A stretch of 64,000 nt of DNA. Origin: Candidatus Methanomethylicia archaeon. GTDB lineage: Archaea > Thermoproteota > Methanomethylicia > Culexarchaeales > Culexarchaeaceae. The position numbers were made by a program, and so were the translations under genes. This document shows positions 40,893 through 50,991 of the stretch, in pieces. How positions within the stretch are numbered: the first letter of the stretch is position 1; every line of letters begins with the position of its first letter. Under the pieces are notes generated by a model that did not search any database, was not told the origin of the DNA, and saw nothing but the letters and a program-made list of their open reading frames with translations. Location: positions 32,001-96,000 of the forward strand of contig JAVYVS010000005.1 in assembly GCA_038727515.1 (NCBI GenBank), given 5' to 3'.

Positions 40893-41924
40893 ATGGAGGA
40901 TGTCTTTTTTAGATTATCATGTGAACATGAATCTCTTCCAACAGCGGAAGTTAAAGCTGTCATGGAAGCTGAAAGGATTCCATATAAGTCTAAATTTTCG
41001 CCTCCATGTATATTTAGAGTTTCAATGCCATTGAAATATGTTGATATAATTCTGAAAAGGTCTGGTATGGTCTTTTTCTGTGCTAAGGAACTTGTGTTTT
41101 GTGATGCAAATTATGATAGTATTTTTAAATCTTGTAGAGATGTTGATTGGTCATTCATTTCCAATAAGTCTTTTTGTGTAAGGGTTAAAAGGGTATTGGC
41201 TTCTTCCACAGATTTATCGACAAGATTTTTGGAATTTGAAATTGGAAGGATAATTAGCAATAGTTTGTCTGGTTCTACTCATGTTAACTTAAAATCTCCA
41301 GATGTAACTATCATTGGAGTTTTAAGTGGTGGGAATTTTATTTTGGGAGTTCTATTGGGTGAATCTCTTAGGAGTACTTTTTATTCGAGATGGGTTGGTA
41401 ATAGACCATTTATACATCCAAGTTCTTTAGATCCCATTGTTTCTAGATTATTTGTTAATTTATGTAGAGCTAGGCGTGGAGAAATTTTCCTTGATCCATT
41501 TTGTGGTTCTGGTGGTTTTCTCATAGAGGCTGCATTAATTGGTTGTGAAGTTATTGGTTTAGATGTAGATGAAAAAATGCTTCGTGGATGTAAACTTAAT
41601 ATGGAATCTTTAGGTTTAAAAGGGTTTCATCTTTTTTTGGGGGATGCGAGAAAGGTTCCATTTAAATCTGTAAGATATGTTGCTACAGATCCTCCTTATG
41701 GTAGAACTGCATCTACTAAGGGTATGAATTTGAAAGATTTATTGATAGATTTCTTCGAGGAAATGAAAACTTTATTATCTAAAGATGGATATTTATGTTT
41801 AGCGTCTCCATATACTATTGGTTTAAGCCATCTTGGTTTAAGTATGGGATTCAATCTCATTGAATCTCATTTAATGAGGGTTCATAAAAGTTTAGTTAGG
41901 GAAATTTGCATCTTTAAATTATAG
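40893..41924 (+). CDS. THUMP-domain tRNA m2G10 methyltransferase (Trm11/TrmG10-like)
   Basis: THUMP region; RPF.HP, DPFCGSGG, TDPPYG, VH.SL.R. Confidence 0.88.
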   Translation: MEDVFFRLSCEHESLPTAEVKAVMEAERIPYKSKFSPPCIFRVSMPLKYVDIILKRSGMVFFCAKELVFCDANYDSIFKSCRDVDWSFISNKSFCVRVKRVLASSTDLSTRFLEFEIGRIISNSLSGSTHVNLKSPDVTIIGVLSGGNFILGVLLGESLRSTFYSRWVGNRPFIHPSSLDPIVSRLFVNLCRARRGEIFLDPFCGSGGFLIEAALIGCEVIGLDVDEKMLRGCKLNMESLGLKGFHLFLGDARKVPFKSVRYVATDPPYGRTASTKGMNLKDLLIDFFEEMKTLLSKDGYLCLASPYTIGLSHLGLSMGFNLIESHLMRVHKSLVREICIFKL

Positions 41925-41933
41925 GTGATTGTT

Positions 41934-42875
41934 ATGAGTATAAAATTGGTGTTTTTAGGAACAAGTGCTGGTTTACCTACAATAAAACGTGGATTATCTT
42001 GTATAGCTCTTAAATATCATGGTGATTTATTGATATTTGATTGTGGTGAAGGTGCTCAAAGAAGTATTATCATGGCTGGTTTAGGATTTCCAAAAAACCT
42101 TAAAATCTTCATTACACATATGCATAGTGATCATGTTTTAGGTATTTTAGGTTTACTTCAAACATTATCCTTAATAAATAGATCCTTTGATTTACATGTC
42201 TACGGTCCTAGAGGGATATCTGATTTTATTAATTTTAATAAGAAGATTTTAAACTTTCATTTATCATATGAATTATTTTTACATGAAATAAATCCTGGTG
42301 TAATATTGGATGATAAAGATTATATTGTTAGAGCTGTAGAAGCTGAACATGTTAAACCTAGTTTTGCGTATTCATTTGAAGAAAAACCTAGACCTGGCAA
42401 ATTTCATCCTGATAGGGCTTTAGCGCTTGGTATTCCTAAAGGTCCTTTGTGGAGGAAATTGCAGAATGGTTTTCCCGTTAGTAATATTTTTGGGGATTTA
42501 GTATTTCCAGAACAAGTTATGGATCCTCCTAGAGCTGGTTTAAAAATTGTTTTCTCCGGAGATACGCGTCCATGTGAGAATATTTTAAATTTAAGTAGGA
42601 ATGCTGATATTTTGATTTATGACTCTACCTTTGATGATTCCATGATAGATAAAGCTATTTCAGATATGCATTCCACTGCTGGTGAAGCTGCTGAATTAGC
42701 AGCTAAAGCTAATGTGAAATTACTTGTTTTAACGCATATAAGTGCTAGATATGAATCTTCACCTGATATCTTGCTTAAGCAAGCTAAGGAGAAGTTTAGT
42801 AATGTTATTATAGCTGAAGATTTCCTTGAATTATCTATTTCAAAAAATACCTTTAACTTAAGACGTTTAATTTAG
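41934..42875 (+). CDS. rnz: Ribonuclease Z
   Basis: LGT, DCGEG.Q, HMHSDH, GP exosite, SGDT, HST, TH.S.RY. Confidence 0.96.
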   Translation: MSIKLVFLGTSAGLPTIKRGLSCIALKYHGDLLIFDCGEGAQRSIIMAGLGFPKNLKIFITHMHSDHVLGILGLLQTLSLINRSFDLHVYGPRGISDFINFNKKILNFHLSYELFLHEINPGVILDDKDYIVRAVEAEHVKPSFAYSFEEKPRPGKFHPDRALALGIPKGPLWRKLQNGFPVSNIFGDLVFPEQVMDPPRAGLKIVFSGDTRPCENILNLSRNADILIYDSTFDDSMIDKAISDMHSTAGEAAELAAKANVKLLVLTHISARYESSPDILLKQAKEKFSNVIIAEDFLELSISKNTFNLRRLI

Positions 42876-42881
42876 TATTTT

Positions 42882-43277
42882 TTATTCTGAGGTGAGCCAA
42901 TTTATTGCTTCATTTATTTCATCGATATTATTACATGATATTTCTATAGTTATTGGTCCAAGTGGAGATTCTCCATCTTTCTCGCAGAATGATACTTGCC
43001 CCATATATGCTGCCTGTTTATTTAAATAGAATGCTATCTTATTTTCCATTATTGATCGTTTTAATATTGCTTTTGCAGTAGTTAGTATTCTCCTTCTCCT
43101 TAATGTTTCACGTAATTTTGATAGGACTTCTATGTTATCCCCTTCTGCTATTAATGTTTTTACCCCATTTTCTTCTATTAATTTGATTGTTTCTGAATTT
43201 ATGATATTTAGTATTGCCTTCCTTACTTTTTCCTCATCTTCTGTGGGTTTCACTTCAGATTTAATTATTATTTTCAT
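42882..43277 (-). CDS. UPF0201/DUF54 RNA-binding-like protein
   Basis: PTED.EKV..AI.N, LNKQAA..G, SPLGPI. Confidence 0.85.
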   Translation of the reverse strand: MKIIIKSEVKPTEDEEKVRKAILNIINSETIKLIEENGVKTLIAEGDNIEVLSKLRETLRRRRILTTAKAILKRSIMENKIAFYLNKQAAYMGQVSFCEKDGESPLGPITIEISCNNIDEINEAINWLTSE

Positions 43278-43821
43278 GAGCTTTTACCACCTCTTCTAGA
43301 GTTTTAAATGTTATCCTCTCTAGTTCCTCTAGTGTACCTTCATTTATTATTACTTTATCTGCTAATGCTATTACTTTACCTATTCCAACTTCTAATTCCC
43401 TAAAATCTCTTTTTTCAAATTCTTCCCAAGTTTTTGGGTCGTCTTTTCTTCCTCTATCTATGAGTCTTTTAAATCTAGTTTTTGGAGATGCATGTACAGC
43501 TATTATTGTTACTTTTCCAATATTCTTAAATTCTTTAATTTCTTCTATATTTCTAACACCCTCTATTAAAATCTTATCTGATTTTATCCTCTCAATTTTC
43601 TCTATACATCTTAATGCTACTATATTTGCACCCATTTTTTCTCTTAATTCCATCATTAACCATCCAAGATTATTTGAAGTTGGTTCTATACTTCTAATTT
43701 CAGCTTCTTCTCTAATAATATCACCCATAGAGATTGTTGGTATACCCATCTTCTTTGCAATTTCACTTACAACTGTTTTTCCAGCTCCTGGCATTCCAGT
43801 AAGACATATTATGATTCTAAT
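43261..43821 (-). CDS. P-loop kinase (dephospho-CoA-kinase-like/UPF0200); probable ATT start at 43821
   Basis: IIICLTGMPGAGKT, SMGD..R, EG.R..E, R.R.DD, RD..EL..G. Confidence 0.85.
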   Translation of the reverse strand: MRIIICLTGMPGAGKTVVSEIAKKMGIPTISMGDIIREEAEIRSIEPTSNNLGWLMMELREKMGANIVALRCIEKIERIKSDKILIEGVRNIEEIKEFKNIGKVTIIAVHASPKTRFKRLIDRGRKDDPKTWEEFEKRDFRELEVGIGKVIALADKVIINEGTLEELERITFKTLEEVVKAHENNN

Positions 43822-43890
43822 AGTGAATCCCCTCTAAATATCTATTAAAGTTTATTTAGTTTTTCTCCTTATTTATTTGAGGTGTTAATT

Positions 43891-44451
43891 TTGAATTTGA
43901 TTAGAGCCTTTATAGCAATTGATATCGATGAAAAAATTGTAGATTCTTTGGTTAAATTTCAAGAGGAATTGGCTTCTTTAGATTGTGATATTAAATTTGT
44001 TGAGAGGGATAATATTCATTTAACATTAAAATTTCTTGGTGAACTTTCTTTAAATAAGATTAATGAAATTTGTAGATTAATGGATGATATTGAATTTCCT
44101 CCTTTTACGCTTGAGGTTAAGGGGATAGGTGTATTTCCATCTCTTAATAGACCTAGAGTTGTTTGGGCTGGTGTTGGTGAGGGGTATCAGAATGTTGTAG
44201 AAATCTTTAAAATTTTGGATTCTAATTTAAGAAAATTAAATTTTAAATCTGAAGCTGAAGAATTTACTCCCCATATAACTATTGGAAGGTTTAGAAGTAA
44301 TAGGAATATGAGCGTATTTGTAAAATTTATTAAAAACTATGAGAATACCGTTTTCGGACAATTTAATGTTACTTGTATACGTTTAAAGAAGAGCGTATTA
44401 ACTCCTAGAGGTCCTATATATTCAAATTTATATGAGGTAAAATTGGTGTAG
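43891..44451 (+). CDS. thpR: RNA 2',3'-cyclic phosphodiesterase (2H family)
   Basis: RAFIAID, HLT, PRVVW, PHIT, S.L...GP.Y. Confidence 0.93.
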   Translation: MNLIRAFIAIDIDEKIVDSLVKFQEELASLDCDIKFVERDNIHLTLKFLGELSLNKINEICRLMDDIEFPPFTLEVKGIGVFPSLNRPRVVWAGVGEGYQNVVEIFKILDSNLRKLNFKSEAEEFTPHITIGRFRSNRNMSVFVKFIKNYENTVFGQFNVTCIRLKKSVLTPRGPIYSNLYEVKLV

Positions 44452-44454
44452 ATT

Positions 44455-45861
44455 ATGGATTTAGATGAAATTTTGTTTGAAGCCTTAAAAATATTAAAGC
44501 CAAATGTGGAAGAAAAACTGAAAATTGAAAAATTGTTGAATGAGTTATTAGAGCACTTAAGAAAATGTATTGGAAAACTTAATTTGAACTTAGAAGTTGA
44601 AGTCGAAGGATCAATTGCAAAAGATACTTGGCTTTCGGGAGAACAGGATATAGATGTATTCATACTATTCCCAAAAAACTCCAAGAAGGAAGATTTAAAA
44701 GGTACAATTTTGCGTTTAGCGGAATGTGTTGTAGGGGATAAATTTATTGAAGCCTATGCTGAACATCCTTATGTAGAGTTAGATTACCATGGTGTTAAAA
44801 TAGATTTAGTTCCCTGCATTAAATCATCATCTATTGATGAAGCTAAAACTGCCGTAGATAGAACTCCATTTCACACCATATATATAAAGAGCAACTTAAG
44901 TGATAATCTTAAAGATGAAGTTAGATTACTTAAAGGGTTTATGAAAGGAATTGGATGTTACGGTGCTGAAACAAAGATTAAGGGGTTTTCTGGATATTTA
45001 TGTGAACTTCTAGTCCTATATTATGGGTCATTTATAAACGTTTTAAGAAGTTCAATCAATTGGAAACCATATAGTACATTAATAGATATTGAAGGATATT
45101 ATAAAGATGCTGAAGAAGCTCTAAAATTATTTAATGCTCCATTAGTAGTTATAGACCCTGTAGATAGAAATAGAAATGTTGCTGCAGCATTATCTTTAGA
45201 GTCAATGTCAAAGTTTATTTCAGCATCAAAATTTTTCCTAGAATCTCCAAATCTAAGCTTCTTTCAACCTAAATCAATAAAACCCTTATCAACCAATGAA
45301 CTTATAGAAGAGATTAAGAGAAGAGGAAGCAACTTAATTTTCATAATTACAAAATGTCCAAAGGTTCATAGCGAAATTCTTTGGGGTCAATTATATAGGT
45401 CCCTTGAAGGATTAAAGAAACTAATATCAAATTTTGATTTCAAAATAATCAATTGTGACGTCTGGTCTGATGAAAAAGAATTAATCATTTTCATTTTTGA
45501 ATTAGAAAATGCAACTTTACCAAGCATTAAGAGGCATGTAGGTCCTCCAGTCTACATACAGAATGAAGTTAAAAACTTTCTAAACAAATATTTAAATTCC
45601 CCCATAGTCTTTTTAGGTCCTAAGATTGAAGATTGTAGATGGGTTGTTTACATTAAGCGCAAATATACTGATGTTAAACGATTATTATCTGAGAAAATAC
45701 TTACTGCAAGATTAGGTGATCTAATTAAATCTTCATTAAAAGAAAGATGTGTGATCATAGAGAACGAGGAAATAACTAAGTTGTATAGTAGTAACAATGA
45801 TTTTTCAATATACCTTACAAATTATCTTAAAGGTACATATCCATGGTTAACTAAAGAATAA
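44455..45861 (+). CDS. cca: Class I CCA-adding enzyme
   Basis: GS.AKDTW...D.D, YAEHPY, DLVP, AVDRTPFH, GFSGYLCELL. Confidence 0.97.
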   Translation: MDLDEILFEALKILKPNVEEKLKIEKLLNELLEHLRKCIGKLNLNLEVEVEGSIAKDTWLSGEQDIDVFILFPKNSKKEDLKGTILRLAECVVGDKFIEAYAEHPYVELDYHGVKIDLVPCIKSSSIDEAKTAVDRTPFHTIYIKSNLSDNLKDEVRLLKGFMKGIGCYGAETKIKGFSGYLCELLVLYYGSFINVLRSSINWKPYSTLIDIEGYYKDAEEALKLFNAPLVVIDPVDRNRNVAAALSLESMSKFISASKFFLESPNLSFFQPKSIKPLSTNELIEEIKRRGSNLIFIITKCPKVHSEILWGQLYRSLEGLKKLISNFDFKIINCDVWSDEKELIIFIFELENATLPSIKRHVGPPVYIQNEVKNFLNKYLNSPIVFLGPKIEDCRWVVYIKRKYTDVKRLLSEKILTARLGDLIKSSLKERCVIIENEEITKLYSSNNDFSIYLTNYLKGTYPWLTKE

Positions 45862-45872
45862 CGGTATAGTGA

Positions 45873-45948
45873 TGGGGCCGCTGGGATTTGAACCCAGGAC
45901 CACCAGCGCCCCAGGCTGGCATCCTAATCCAAGCTAGACGACGGCCCC
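45873..45948 (-). tRNA. tRNA-Pro(GGG)
   Basis: Reverse complement begins GGGGCCG, anticodon arm CCAGC-CTGGGGC-GCTGG, T arm CTGGG-TTCAAAT-CCCAG, ends CGGCCCCA; intronless, no encoded CCA. Confidence 0.96.
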
Positions 45949-45973
45949 AGCCAATATTTAACTTTAATTTTAT

Positions 45974-47185
45974 CTATATTAATTGTTTCCTTGCTTCGAT
46001 TAATTTCTTTATGTCTTTTAATACTCTTTCTCTTATTTCTTGTGGCTTAGATATTTCAAATAGTATTTTCCCATTGTCTATTATCTTTTGTAACATTGGT
46101 TTTAGATTTTTACTTCCACATTTTACACATTTATCTGAGCTTTCACTCATTAATGTAACAATATCTGTGAAACAATCTTGGCATCTCCAAACCTGTTTCT
46201 TACCACTTGCCTTTCCTCTTTTTGCTATTGGGATTCCATCAACTTCCACTATGTCCAATGCAAAATCTATAGTTTTTGCATTTGATATGCTAGTGCCAAC
46301 ACCAAACATATCCACTCCCTCCTTACTTAACTCCATTACACTCTTTTCATCTAAACCTCCTGAAACCATTATTTTCACATTTCTGTAACCTCTTATGTTA
46401 AGTTCCCATCTTACTTCTCTAACTATTGCCGCCATATCCCCCCTTCTTGAACTTGGCGTATCCAGTCTCACTCCATATAGTTTATTTCCTAATGTTTCTG
46501 CAGCCATTATTGCTTCTATTTTTTCATCATAAAATGTGTCTATTAATGCTACCCTTGGAACATGTTCATCAATAACTTCATCAAACTTCTTCCAAGCTTC
46601 TTTTTGGTCTCCAATTATTATTATTAGGGCATGAGGCATAGTTCCCACTGGCTCTATTCCAATAAGTTTTGCACCGCTAACTCCTGAAACTCCATCTAAT
46701 CCACCTATATATGCAGCTCTATCTATCATTGGTGCTATTGCTGGATGCATTCTTCTAATTCCAAATGAGTATACAGGTTTGAAATTCGCTGCTACTTTTA
46801 TATGTGCTGCTGCAGTTGCTATTCCTGAAGCTTGACATAATAGTCCAAGTATAGCTGTTTCTAAATGACCAAAGTCTTCATATTTTCCTTCAATTATCAT
46901 TACTGGTTCCCTAATACCATCATATGTTATTGGATAAAATATGCTTCCTTCTGGCATTGCATATACATTTACTGGATAACCTTCAAGCAAGTTTATTTCT
47001 TCCTCTATTCCACATAATATCCCCCAATCCCAATTGTTTGGTAGTCTACCGGTAGTTATCTCTGCAACCACCCATACTTCACTTTTCCCTATGCTCTTTA
47101 AAACTTCCATAGTTCTACGAAAGTATATGTCTGTGGTTTCACCTCTCTTTATCTCTTCTGGTAATGCTATGTGAAATTTTCTCAT
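45974..47185 (-). CDS. pncB: Nicotinate phosphoribosyltransferase
   Basis: TDIYF, SFG.RR.HP, GTMPH, DTF, RLDTP.SRRG, SGG, GVGT, AKRGK. Confidence 0.93.
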   Translation of the reverse strand: MRKFHIALPEEIKRGETTDIYFRRTMEVLKSIGKSEVWVVAEITTGRLPNNWDWGILCGIEEEINLLEGYPVNVYAMPEGSIFYPITYDGIREPVMIIEGKYEDFGHLETAILGLLCQASGIATAAAHIKVAANFKPVYSFGIRRMHPAIAPMIDRAAYIGGLDGVSGVSGAKLIGIEPVGTMPHALIIIIGDQKEAWKKFDEVIDEHVPRVALIDTFYDEKIEAIMAAETLGNKLYGVRLDTPSSRRGDMAAIVREVRWELNIRGYRNVKIMVSGGLDEKSVMELSKEGVDMFGVGTSISNAKTIDFALDIVEVDGIPIAKRGKASGKKQVWRCQDCFTDIVTLMSESSDKCVKCGSKNLKPMLQKIIDNGKILFEISKPQEIRERVLKDIKKLIEARKQLI

Positions 47186-47198
47186 AACTATCCCCAAA

Positions 47199-48257
47199 CT
47201 ATACATTCCAATACTTTGATAAAACCTTCTTTGCTTTCTTTATTAATATTTCTATGATTCTCTTTTCAATTACATTTATTTTTTCCTCTTTTATCTCATA
47301 ATATATGTGATCACCCATAGCTTCTAAAGTTCTCAATATTGATTGTGGTGTATATTTTAAATCGTATCCACCTTCTAGCATAGCTATAATTTTTCCATTA
47401 CTTACCTTTTCTGCAACTTCTATTATGTGTTTCATGAAATTGTAATATGTATCTTCTGTATATCTTAGATCTGCTAATTTATCACGCCAGTGTCCATCGT
47501 ATCCTGCAGATATTAGTATTATATCTGGTTTAAATTCTTCAATTACTGGAATAATTATTTCATATAAGCATGCAATTGCCATAGCTCCACTGGAATTTGG
47601 TGGAAGCGGTATATTTATTGTGTATCCTTCACCATCTCCAATCCCTACTTCTTCTATCCCCCCACTATATGGATATAGTGTTTTCCCATCCTGATGTATA
47701 GATGCATAAAATACGTTTGGGTTCTCATAGAAAATCTTTTGGGTCCCATTTCCATGATGAGCATCCCAATCTAATATGAAAATTCTCTTAAATCCCATAT
47801 TCAATGCATTTCTAGCAGTTACAGCGATATTATTTATTAGGCAAAATCCTCTTGCTACATCTCTTTCAGCATGGTGACCTGGAGGTCTACATAACACAAA
47901 TACTCTTTTTACCTCATTTATTATTTTAAGTGCTTTCAAACCTCCACCAGCAGCTAATAATGCAACATTATATGAATCCCTTGAAACGTAAGTATCAGGC
48001 GCTATCTTCCCACCACCATGCTCTGCCAACTTTTTAATTCTCATAAGTAATTCATTTGAATGAACATACAAAACCTCTTTTTCATGTGCTTTAATCGGTT
48101 GCATTATACTAATAATCCCACTTTTATATAACCATGATTTCTCTATAATCTCAATTGTTTTAGTAAGTCTCAAAGGATTTTCTGGGTGTTTAGTAACTTT
48201 ATGTTTCAAATAATCATCAGAGTATATTACCGCAATCTTCTCCATACTATTCATCAT
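47199..48257 (-). CDS. Histone deacetylase-family amidohydrolase
   Basis: HPE.P.R, RPPGHHA, GFC, DWDAHHGNGTQ, SAG.D, EGGY. Confidence 0.94.
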   Translation of the reverse strand: MMNSMEKIAVIYSDDYLKHKVTKHPENPLRLTKTIEIIEKSWLYKSGIISIMQPIKAHEKEVLYVHSNELLMRIKKLAEHGGGKIAPDTYVSRDSYNVALLAAGGGLKALKIINEVKRVFVLCRPPGHHAERDVARGFCLINNIAVTARNALNMGFKRIFILDWDAHHGNGTQKIFYENPNVFYASIHQDGKTLYPYSGGIEEVGIGDGEGYTINIPLPPNSSGAMAIACLYEIIIPVIEEFKPDIILISAGYDGHWRDKLADLRYTEDTYYNFMKHIIEVAEKVSNGKIIAMLEGGYDLKYTPQSILRTLEAMGDHIYYEIKEEKINVIEKRIIEILIKKAKKVLSKYWNV

Positions 48258-48351
48258 TTAGCTATTGTAATTTAAAGTTTTACATATATAGTCTATGGAG
48301 GAGAATTATGAAACTTAAATATCATATTAATCATTATTATGTTGGGTTGAT

Positions 48352-48582
48352 ATGGGTGGTAAAGAATTGTCCATAAAATTATCTAATATCGAAAGATCTG
48401 TTGAAGAAATGAAAATTGATATATCGTACTTAAAGAATCATGTAGATGGCATAATAGATTTCATGAATTCTAACCAATTAAGAAATGAATTATTACAGAG
48501 GGATATGGTAATATATGAGTTACTCAACGAAATTAAAATATTATTAAATGAAATCTTAAACATTCTACTCAATAAAAAATAA
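48352..48582 (+). CDS. Small helical/coiled-coil hypothetical protein
   Basis: 76-aa ORF filling a gap, GGGTTGA SD, heptad pattern. Confidence 0.6.
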   Translation: MGGKELSIKLSNIERSVEEMKIDISYLKNHVDGIIDFMNSNQLRNELLQRDMVIYELLNEIKILLNEILNILLNKK

Positions 48583-48612
48583 AAAAGAATTTTATTGCAT
48601 TAACTTGGTTTA

Positions 48613-49131
48613 CTAGTAAACTACAATTATTTTGAAATCTATGATTCCACCATCGTAAAATATCACTGCCCTATATATATTTCCAATCTTCCAATCTCCT
48701 TGAGAATTTATTTCAAAGTATATTGTTGCTACACAGCCCTGAGGTATTAGTAATTTATTGTCAGCATCCACTACTACATCTTTTGATGATCCATATATTT
48801 GTCCAAATTGTAATGAGTTTGTTAAATTTATTGTTGCCCCATTATTTGGTGAAAAAGTTATATTCGCTTTTTCATTGCTTTTTTCTGTGTCTATCTCTAT
48901 TTTACTTATCTTTATTGTTGTTGTCCCTGTATTCCTTAGTACTATTTGTATCCTGGCTTTATTATTTGATGGACTCAGAATTATTTTTGACTCGGATGCA
49001 TCTATTTTCACAATGTTTATTGCACCACTGAACCATCCCATCATTGTTGATGCGTACGCTATGGCCATTCCAAGTGAAACTGCTAAGAGTATTAATGAAA
49101 CCATTATGGCACTTATCCCTTTCCTATTCAT
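48613..49131 (-). CDS. Archaeal type IV pilin
   Basis: Class III signal peptide MNRKG/ISAIMVSLILLAVSLGMAIA; beta-rich body with LRNTG..I.I..I motif. Confidence 0.85.
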   Translation of the reverse strand: MNRKGISAIMVSLILLAVSLGMAIAYASTMMGWFSGAINIVKIDASESKIILSPSNNKARIQIVLRNTGTTTIKISKIEIDTEKSNEKANITFSPNNGATINLTNSLQFGQIYGSSKDVVVDADNKLLIPQGCVATIYFEINSQGDWKIGNIYRAVIFYDGGIIDFKIIVVY

Positions 49132-49195
49132 TTAACCCTTTATCTAATGAAATCTTAGAGTATAAAATTGCATACTGAATTTGTGCAGTTAATTT

Positions 49196-49921
49196 TTATA
49201 TTATAACGTCTAATTGTTTTATTGCGTATAATGCTATTGAGAGAGGTATACTTATCTTTTTTAAGGGTTCTTTACATGTAAATGTCGCTTTTTCAATACC
49301 TAAACCTTTCATGCATCCAATTTTCTCTTTCCTAGAGTTTAATATTGCAATTTCTCTTCCCCAAATTCTTTTTATAATCATATTCTCTCCTTTATAAAAT
49401 GATTCTATAGGTTTCATAAAACCAATTCTATAGGCTTCAAAAATAATTTCATCCATCTTCTTTATGGTGAATCCTGCAAATTTGTACGTTTTAAATATTA
49501 TTTCATAATTTTCTTCTCCATTTACATGGTATATTGATTTTAATATACCTTCTCTTTTTGCTTGAGCCACTAATTTTCCTACTCCATTCACTATCTTGTA
49601 TACGTTTATGGGAGGTTCTATTTTATTTAGTGGTTTATCATATGATAGTATTAATGTATCGCTTAATTCCTTCATGTACATATCCAGTTTATCTTTGTCT
49701 TCAACATCCAAATAGTAATATTTCATTTTCTTATTGTATTTTATTATCCCTTCTTTACTTATTTTCTTAATTATCGCATTAATCTTCCTTATATCTCCAC
49801 TTTCCTTAATCTTTCTCGCTAAACTTCTAGATGTAAATTTATACTGTTCTCTCGCTAAATATTCTACTTCTTCTCTCAAACATTTTATTACTTTATATGT
49901 TAGTTCTATGTTTTGGCTCAA
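49196..49921 (-). CDS. Hypothetical protein: putative wHTH plus Tubby/LURP-like beta domain
   Basis: FTSRSLAR..I.AII..I.KEGII wHTH-like N-terminus; beta-rich C-terminus ending in a hydrophobic helix. Confidence 0.55.
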   Translation of the reverse strand: MSQNIELTYKVIKCLREEVEYLAREQYKFTSRSLARKIKESGDIRKINAIIKKISKEGIIKYNKKMKYYYLDVEDKDKLDMYMKELSDTLILSYDKPLNKIEPPINVYKIVNGVGKLVAQAKREGILKSIYHVNGEENYEIIFKTYKFAGFTIKKMDEIIFEAYRIGFMKPIESFYKGENMIIKRIWGREIAILNSRKEKIGCMKGLGIEKATFTCKEPLKKISIPLSIALYAIKQLDVII

Positions 49922-50888
49922 TTTTCATTTTCACCATTAAGTTTTCTTCTATACTCCTTTTTTCTTCATTTAATTTACATACTTCTTCCTCTAGGTAGCT
50001 TCTCTTCCTAATTAAGGTGTTTACATCTTTTTCCAACTTTTCTTTTTCCTCTTTTAATTCCTTAATCCTTTTTTCAATTTCTTTTTCTTTTTCCTCTAAA
50101 ATTTTTAAGTATGTAATCCTCGAATTTGTTAATTTCATTATTTCTTCATATTCCTTTATTTTTTCCATTAATGTATTTGCTAATTTTGTTAATTCTCTTT
50201 CTTTTTCATTTAATTCTTCTTCTTTTCTGTGTAATTTTTCTTCATACATCGATAATTCTTCAATTTTACCTTTAATTTCTTTATTTCTCATTTCTGCTTT
50301 CTCCATTAATATGCCTAATTCTACTTTTGTAGATGCTACTTGATCTATTGCTGCTTTATAATTTTCTAATAGTCTTTTTATGTTTACTTCCATTTCACTG
50401 ATTTCCTTTTGTATTATTGTTGCTGTTGATATGTTTTTTAGTGCGTTTATTTCTAGGTCTTTTATGTTAATTATATTTTTCATAGCTTCTTGATTTATTT
50501 CTTCAATATTACTCATCTTTCCAATTATTGTATTTAGATTTGTTTTCATTTCATTTTTCATATGTGCAATTTCATCCATAATTTTCATCGTATTTTCTTG
50601 TAAAATATTAGATTTATTAATGATCTCCGTAAGTATGTCTGAATTTGTTATTTTATTTAATGTTTCTTTAAATTTCTCAGCTTCATCTATTACTTCTTTC
50701 ACTTTTCCAATACTTTCAATAACCTTTATTAATTGTTCTTCTATTTCATTTACTTTGCTTCTCTTTAATTCTGCTTCAAGCTTCATAACTCTAGATATAT
50801 TTTCATTTATTTTTGTGTTCATTTCATTTAGTATTTGCATTATCCATTCAAGTTTCTCTATGATTCCCTTCGCATTAGATTTAAACAT
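49893..50888 (-). CDS. Long coiled-coil protein
   Basis: 331 aa of E/K-rich heptads with no ATPase motif. Confidence 0.7.
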   Translation of the reverse strand: MFKSNAKGIIEKLEWIMQILNEMNTKINENISRVMKLEAELKRSKVNEIEEQLIKVIESIGKVKEVIDEAEKFKETLNKITNSDILTEIINKSNILQENTMKIMDEIAHMKNEMKTNLNTIIGKMSNIEEINQEAMKNIINIKDLEINALKNISTATIIQKEISEMEVNIKRLLENYKAAIDQVASTKVELGILMEKAEMRNKEIKGKIEELSMYEEKLHRKEEELNEKERELTKLANTLMEKIKEYEEIMKLTNSRITYLKILEEKEKEIEKRIKELKEEKEKLEKDVNTLIRKRSYLEEEVCKLNEEKRSIEENLMVKMKIEPKHRTNI

Positions 50889-50991
50889 TACCTCTACTTT
50901 TTTGCTACATATTACAGTATTAAAATGTATATGTTTCTTTTCTCTCGGTTTTAAATATCCAAATATTTTCTTTAAATGTGGAGTTTGAGAT

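Noticed and set aside
45888-46388. 166-aa plus-strand ORF
   Set aside because: Antisense to tRNA-Pro and pncB; no protein features
49893-50888. Possible SMC/Rad50 or ESCRT-III protein
   Set aside because: No Walker motifs, hinge or recognisable Snf7 features; only a generic coiled coil
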